Source: an uncultured virus (IMG/VR IMGVR_UViG_3300025771_000020) (taxonomy: Duplodnaviria > Heunggongvirae > Uroviricota > Caudoviricetes). Taken from it: a stretch of 20,000 nt of DNA. The stretch is from IMG/VR virus record IMGVR_UViG_3300025771_000020; one strand, written 5' to 3'. Shown here in pieces: positions 15,860-20,000 of the stretch (positions within the stretch are counted from its first letter, which is position 1; the number at the start of each line of letters is the position of its first letter). The translations under genes and the position numbers were made by a program. A model generated the notes under the pieces. It was given only the letters and a program-made list of their open reading frames with translations, had not been told where the DNA came from and did not search any database.

Positions 15860-15923
15860 TTTTCCACAGGATAATAGAGGTTTTCCACACTATTATAATA
15901 CTTTTCCACAGGGTTGTGGAAAA
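15860..15923. repeat. Four DnaA-box-like 9-mers TTTTCCACA (3 direct at 21-bp period, 1 inverted)
   Basis: Direct copies at 15860, 15881 and 15902; TGTGGAAAA at 15915-15923. Confidence 0.85.
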
Positions 15924-15981
15924 CGAAACAAAACACTAAAACATATTTAAAATATCTTTTTAAATATAAAATTAACCAAAT

Positions 15982-16248
15982 TTACCTCTTTTTAACGTAT
16001 TCCAGGTCTTTCCAATCCTCTGGATACACTACAACCAAACATCTTTCATTCCGATGAAACGTTGCATCATTGAAACTCTCTTCACTCTTCTCTCTTACCA
16101 TAATCTCAAGAGTTAGATACTGTTTATGTTTATCAACAAAGTATATCCAACCCTCCATATGTTTGTGCTTTACATAATGATCTACTTGTGGCGCGTAGTG
16201 CTGATCTTGATCAATGTGAGGAACTTGTTCCGGTGGTACATAAGTCAT
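15982..16248 (-). CDS. Hypothetical protein (88 aa)
   Basis: EGWIYFVD..YLTLEI.V; last gene of a translationally coupled run. Confidence 0.8.
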   Translation of the reverse strand: MTYVPPEQVPHIDQDQHYAPQVDHYVKHKHMEGWIYFVDKHKQYLTLEIMVREKSEESFNDATFHRNERCLVVVYPEDWKDLEYVKKR

Positions 16249-16418
16249 CAGTTATCAAGTACTGCTCTCATTCTTTTTGGAGAATAACCAAGATTTAAAT
16301 ATTCCTGCAATTGTTGATCACATTGTTCCTTTGTAAGTTTGACTGCATCATCTGCAATCAGTTCCCAACCAGTAGTACAGAACTCTTCAATACGATACAA
16401 TTTAATTTCTTCTGTCAT
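16248..16418 (-). CDS. Hypothetical protein (56 aa), not in ORF track
   Basis: Hand translation MTEEIKLYRIEEFCTTGWELIADDAVKLTKEQCDQQLQEYLNLGYSPKRMRAVLDN; coupled at both ends (ATGA, TGATG). Confidence 0.85.
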   Translation of the reverse strand: MTEEIKLYRIEEFCTTGWELIADDAVKLTKEQCDQQLQEYLNLGYSPKRMRAVLDN

Positions 16419-16651
16419 GTTGTAAATACCTCCAGAATACCTGACTGATAATCTTCTAACAATTTAAACTTTTGGGCAGTAAGAATCTTTTCCATGATCT
16501 TACTTGTATATCCTTCATAACTATTCAATTGTTCTTCATTGACAATAGTATTAAAAGCATCATTATCATTCTCTGCAATAAGAGTTACCATTCCACCATA
16601 TTCTGATTGTGGAAATGGTACCCAGTAATCAATAATATACAAATACTTCAT
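16415..16651 (-). CDS. Hypothetical protein (78 aa)
   Basis: YIIDYWVPFPQSEYGG...FTT; ATGA overlaps. Confidence 0.85.
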   Translation of the reverse strand: MKYLYIIDYWVPFPQSEYGGMVTLIAENDNDAFNTIVNEEQLNSYEGYTSKIMEKILTAQKFKLLEDYQSGILEVFTT

Positions 16652-16890
16652 TCTACAAAATACTCCATTTCTCCGGTTTCAAGATTGAGGGCATGATAGT
16701 CATACATATACTCATCATACTTATGACCAGTCAGATTTGTGTACTGTCGTTCCAATTCACATTTAACTGATATGAGTTGATTGTGTATATAACTCTTCCA
16801 TTCATTATCTTCTGTCAAATGAACAACATTATCCATTTGTAGAAGAGCAGACATCAACTTGTCCTTTTCAGTAAGATGCTTCATGATCAT
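16648..16890 (-). CDS. Hypothetical protein (80 aa)
   Basis: ORF track; overlapping coupled run. Confidence 0.8.
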   Translation of the reverse strand: MIMKHLTEKDKLMSALLQMDNVVHLTEDNEWKSYIHNQLISVKCELERQYTNLTGHKYDEYMYDYHALNLETGEMEYFVE

Positions 16891-17053
16891 ACTTTTGAGT
16901 GTTCTTGTAAGAGATGGTTTCTAAATGAGTATGAAGTTTATTATAAAGAGTTGGAACTGATCCGTGTTCTTTGGCAATACGATTCTCTTCACTCAGTTCT
17001 AATGTTTGAAGTGCAGATAAGAGTATATTAATTTCATTGGAGTTAAGATTCAT
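16868..17053 (-). CDS. Hypothetical protein (probable start MNLNSNE)
   Basis: ORF track 16868-17080; internal ATG chosen to limit overlap. Confidence 0.7.
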   Translation of the reverse strand: MNLNSNEINILLSALQTLELSEENRIAKEHGSVPTLYNKLHTHLETISYKNTQKYDHEASY

Positions 17054-17207
17054 TATTGTTTCGTACATGTGTCTCCTCAAACATTGTATCTATCTTATCA
17101 ACAATCATAGCATAATCATTTATTTCATCTTCTGGTACAATGAAACCTTCTGCTTCGACTGCATCACGAATGATTTGTAATTCTTTCTCAGTAAAATGAA
17201 TCATCAT
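17043..17207 (-). CDS. Hypothetical protein (54 aa), not in ORF track
   Basis: Hand translation MMIHFTEKELQIIRDAVEAEGFIVPEDEINDYAMIVDKIDTMFEETHVRNNNES. Confidence 0.7.
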   Translation of the reverse strand: MMIHFTEKELQIIRDAVEAEGFIVPEDEINDYAMIVDKIDTMFEETHVRNNNES

Positions 17208-17326
17208 TTGATTTGTGATTTGTAAAAGCGTTGAAAAGCAGTAACCAGAATAATCCCAGTGCTAATAATACCAAGTAACCCCAGAAGAGTAGTGCCATTT
17301 CCGGCAGAGAAATCGTAAGTATTCAT
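17204..17326 (-). CDS. Single-TM peptide (40 aa), not in ORF track
   Basis: Hand translation MNTYDFSAGNGTTLLGLLGIISTGIILVTAFQRFYKSQIK; ATGA overlaps at both ends. Confidence 0.75.
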   Translation of the reverse strand: MNTYDFSAGNGTTLLGLLGIISTGIILVTAFQRFYKSQIK

Positions 17327-17493
17327 TCGTATGTATGTGTCATAGGGCAATCAAGATGAGTATTTGGTGGAAGTGTGATACAGACACGTTGTAATCGATC
17401 CGCATAATCTTCGGAACGAATGGCAAAGAATACCATGTTCACTCCAAATACAAAAAACAACAAGAGAAAGAAGTAATCAATTCTTCGAATCAT
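17323..17493 (-). CDS. Small membrane protein (probable start 17493)
   Basis: MIRRIDYFFLLLFFVFGVNMVFFAI...C..LP...H.DC. Confidence 0.7.
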   Translation of the reverse strand: MIRRIDYFFLLLFFVFGVNMVFFAIRSEDYADRLQRVCITLPPNTHLDCPMTHTYE

Positions 17494-17704
17494 AAAGTTT
17501 TGCAATGCGATACTGATCAGTTGCAGTCTCTTTATCATAAACCTCTACAATACTATCATAAACTTCCTCTTCTGTCATCTCTTTCATCTCTTCGGCAATC
17601 TTTAAAATTGCATACTCAATAATGGCATCTTCTTCCATTTCATCAACAAGTACAGAAGCATAATTCTCCTTGAAAAACTGCAGTTGGTTTGGAGTGAGTG
17701 TCAT
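17477..17704 (-). CDS. Acidic hypothetical protein (75 aa), paralog of 12649-12897
   Basis: Shared KENYA..hVD.M motif. Confidence 0.8.
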   Translation of the reverse strand: MTLTPNQLQFFKENYASVLVDEMEEDAIIEYAILKIAEEMKEMTEEEVYDSIVEVYDKETATDQYRIAKLYDSKN

Positions 17705-17707
17705 GAT

Positions 17708-17905
17708 TCAGTTGGGAATACGGCGGACGGATTCGATATTGTGTAGGGGAAACTCTTGATGAAGATGTTGAATACAATCATCCATATCAATACACTCCTC
17801 AATAGTAGTGAAAGTAAACTTATCAGGATTGGACTGAAGTGAAAGAATCACCTTAAACGTTTCCATGGTAGTAATCATTTTGGTTGGGTTTGGTAGAGAG
17901 ATCAT
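17708..17905 (-). CDS. Hypothetical protein (65 aa)
   Basis: ORF track; ATGA overlap with the upstream gene. Confidence 0.7.
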   Translation of the reverse strand: MISLPNPTKMITTMETFKVILSLQSNPDKFTFTTIEECIDMDDCIQHLHQEFPLHNIESVRRIPN

Positions 17906-18162
17906 ACAGGCACAGTTGTATAAAACAATCCTGCTGCTTGCATCATCTTACACAATGTCAATTGAATCTCATCCAACTGTTCCTTCATATCAACTTCATC
18001 TCCCATCAGTGCCATAAAGTCAACAAAGTCAAACTCTTCCAGATTGATGGTATTGTCATGATGAATTGGAGCGCAGAACAACTCACCTTCTGTACAAACA
18101 GTATAAACACAACCGTGCTCCTCAACAGTCAAATAAACACCAGAAAATTCAAGATCGGTCAT
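17902..18162 (-). CDS. Acidic hypothetical protein (probable start 18162, MTDLEFSG)
   Basis: The track's first 27 codons run through promoter 7. Confidence 0.75.
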   Translation of the reverse strand: MTDLEFSGVYLTVEEHGCVYTVCTEGELFCAPIHHDNTINLEEFDFVDFMALMGDEVDMKEQLDEIQLTLCKMMQAAGLFYTTVPV

Positions 18163-18184
18163 TTGCTTTGTCTGAACTGAAGTT

Positions 18185-18243
18185 ATTATAGAATGAATGG
18201 ATCCGATTTGGGAGTGGGAATGTGCCACTCCCTGAACTGGCAT
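18185..18243 (-). promoter_or_regulatory. Bipartite early promoter 7
   Basis: TGTGCCACTC-CCTG-AACTGGCAT at 18221-18243; TATAAT at 18185-18190. Confidence 0.75.
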
Positions 18244-18479
18244 CAGCAGTAGACAGGAGAGTAGTCAGAACCCTGGTATGCTTCCAGGTTGAAGTCGGTT
18301 ACAGTGGCACCATTTGCAAGATACTGATTGATGTCATACATTGCATCAGACTTCACACGAGTGGTGAAAGATGTCATCTCAGTCTCTTCACCCTTGTGCC
18401 AGATGACACGCTTTACGAAACGCTTACCGGTGCCGACGGGATAGAAGTCGATCTGAGTGGCAGAGGTTTGAAGTTGCAT
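18243..18479 (-). CDS. Hypothetical protein (78 aa)
   Basis: ORF track; lies between promoters 8 and 7. Confidence 0.8.
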   Translation of the reverse strand: MQLQTSATQIDFYPVGTGKRFVKRVIWHKGEETEMTSFTTRVKSDAMYDINQYLANGATVTDFNLEAYQGSDYSPVYC

Positions 18480-18503
18480 TTGGGGTTGGTTGCTTATGTG
18501 CTT

Positions 18504-18560
18504 ATTATAGTGCCGACTGGGGCAGAGTCAGATGCCGAGTGGACAGTTGCTCAACCGTCC
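18504..18560 (-). promoter_or_regulatory. Bipartite early promoter 8
   Basis: GTGGACAGTT-GCTC-AACCGTCC at 18539-18560; TATAAT at 18504-18509. Confidence 0.78.
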
Positions 18561-18961
18561 TTCATAAAAGAGTCCAGATCAACCCTTGAACCGAAACTAT
18601 AATCGTATTTCAAAGAATTTGCGCAAACATAATGCGGATGTTCCGTACTTACTCCCAGTCTTTCACAAAATTCTGAATGATTATCCTCCATAAGTTCAAC
18701 TGCATAGAGCATGTAATTCAAAACATGATCAAGATCATGATATTTGACCAGTTCGTCGCGGAGAGCGATCAGAAAGTTGCCGCTTCCCGCAGAATCGTCC
18801 AAAAATTTGGATTTGGGATCTTTTAGACTCTCTTCTGGTATGGATTGAACCATTTGAATACAAATTTCCATTGGAGTAAATACTTCTCCCGTAGAATTGA
18901 TTCTTTCATCAGATCTCTCAATCTTAGATCCAACATTCTGATTATGTTTGTTTCTACTCAT
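18551..18961 (-). CDS. DNA methyltransferase, SAM-binding half (probable start 18961)
   Basis: GEVFTP (motif X), FLDDSAGSGNFL (motif I), LYAVEL (motif II) and CANSL (motif III); no NPPY. Confidence 0.85.
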   Translation of the reverse strand: MSRNKHNQNVGSKIERSDERINSTGEVFTPMEICIQMVQSIPEESLKDPKSKFLDDSAGSGNFLIALRDELVKYHDLDHVLNYMLYAVELMEDNHSEFCERLGVSTEHPHYVCANSLKYDYSFGSRVDLDSFMKDG

Positions 18962-19943
18962 TTGGCATATCCGGGATGGTTTTGAATAGTTCCTTACTAT
19001 TGACATTTGAAATCTTATTCATTCGAACAAGATTTTTAACTTCTTCGGACAAAAGATAATCTCTCAAACGTTCGCTTTCTTCAAGAGAATTGGTCTTCAA
19101 ACAAACTGCCGAACTACTAATCGAATGTTCATATTGCTTGACGTAAATTGCTCCAAAAGATTTCTCCGTACCTCCGTACTTACTATTCATAATGACTCCA
19201 TGTTGATTTACGCAACTGAAATGCTGAGATTCATCAACCATTGTTATAATAGGACCATTCCCCCTAAATCCTCCCATAGTCTGAACCATAGGACAATTTC
19301 CGGGTTTTAATTCATGTAGAAAAACATCCCCTGTTTGATGACGATATGCCATGTTATTGGATACTTCAACAACATAATCAGGATTCGTCAACTTGATACA
19401 AGTCTCTTCATTCAAATACATCTCCTTGACAGTACCATCCATAAAGGTAATCTTTGTTGGTCCCCTATAACCTCTCTTCCATGTTGGAATACAAGTTTCA
19501 GTCAAAGAAATGGTGGGAAAGGTACTCTCTGGCAAAGCTTGAAGAGATATTAATCCTCCCTCAGATCCTCCAAATAACTTCTTTCTAAATGCAGAACCTT
19601 TCTTTGCAAAAAATTTAGAACGAATAATCATGGAAACATAACTACTTCGCTCCATTGCTCTTGCATAAAAAATACAATCTAAATCCTTGGATCCTCCACC
19701 GGAAGAAGGTCCAAGAATAGTTGATGGATCAGTATAGGGAGGATTACCAATGGTTGCAGTAAAGTCCATTGAACAATTATCCCACTTATCAAAACTCATA
19801 GTATTATAACCCTTTTTACGAAAAAAATCAATATATCCAGGAAGAGTTGCAATGACTGTTACTTCTCCTCGTTTGGATAAGTTTTCAATGTCAGACATTG
19901 CTCCATTTCCAGGTTCTTTTACAAGATATGCAAAACTTTTCAT
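18954..19943 (-). CDS. Eco57I-like amino-methyltransferase, catalytic and target-recognition half
   Basis: FTATIGNPPY (motif IV, NPPY at 19734-19745) followed by VSMIIRSKF; no FxGxG motif I seen. Confidence 0.78.
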   Translation of the reverse strand: MKSFAYLVKEPGNGAMSDIENLSKRGEVTVIATLPGYIDFFRKKGYNTMSFDKWDNCSMDFTATIGNPPYTDPSTILGPSSGGGSKDLDCIFYARAMERSSYVSMIIRSKFFAKKGSAFRKKLFGGSEGGLISLQALPESTFPTISLTETCIPTWKRGYRGPTKITFMDGTVKEMYLNEETCIKLTNPDYVVEVSNNMAYRHQTGDVFLHELKPGNCPMVQTMGGFRGNGPIITMVDESQHFSCVNQHGVIMNSKYGGTEKSFGAIYVKQYEHSISSSAVCLKTNSLEESERLRDYLLSEEVKNLVRMNKISNVNSKELFKTIPDMPNE

Positions 19944-19945
19944 AA

Positions 19946-20000
19946 TCAAATCGAATCAATCAAATTGAAATCAAATAAATCTGTTGGGTGATCACAACTA
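19946..20000 (-). CDS. Probable C-terminus of an upstream gene (partial)
   Basis: Open frame ...SCDHPTDLFDFNLIDSI* ending just before the methyltransferase ATG. Confidence 0.35.
   Translation of the reverse strand, partial: SCDHPTDLFDFNLIDSI

Noticed and set aside
17884..19553. Plus-strand ORFs 17884, 18222, 19125 and 19335
   Set aside because: Antisense shadows of minus-strand genes.
1..20000. tRNA or rRNA genes
   Set aside because: No cloverleaf or T-loop signature noticed in intergenic DNA; tRNAscan-SE or Infernal would be needed to exclude them formally.

Overview
This window comes from a T4-like cyanophage (cyanomyovirus-type) genome, and essentially all credible genes lie on the minus strand. 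(1) 1-8042 is an AT-rich late baseplate module: gp25, gp6 and a very large gp7-like wedge initiator (at least 1910 codons, running off the window and absent from the ORF track), behind a TATAAATA late promoter. (2) 8071-10255 holds small phage genes, an ATP-grasp-like protein, a GT-A glycosyltransferase-like protein and an AbrB-like protein. (3) 10290-10490 is a sharp compositional boundary with 28-bp tandem repeats and a G7-UUCG-C7 hairpin. (4) 10500-18560 is an early/accessory region of about 27 small ORFs. Eight of its units are driven by a repeated bipartite promoter (palindrome plus -10 at fixed spacing), several embedded in composite repeat cassettes. (5) Inside that region, 15380-15980 is a largely non-coding locus with an origin-like layout: palindromic repeats, divergent promoters, a G-skewed tract, DnaA-box-like TTTTCCACA 9-mers at exact 21-bp phasing, and an AT-rich tract. 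(6) 18551-19943 is an amino-methyltransferase apparently split across two genes. All family assignments come from motif recognition by eye; no searches were run.
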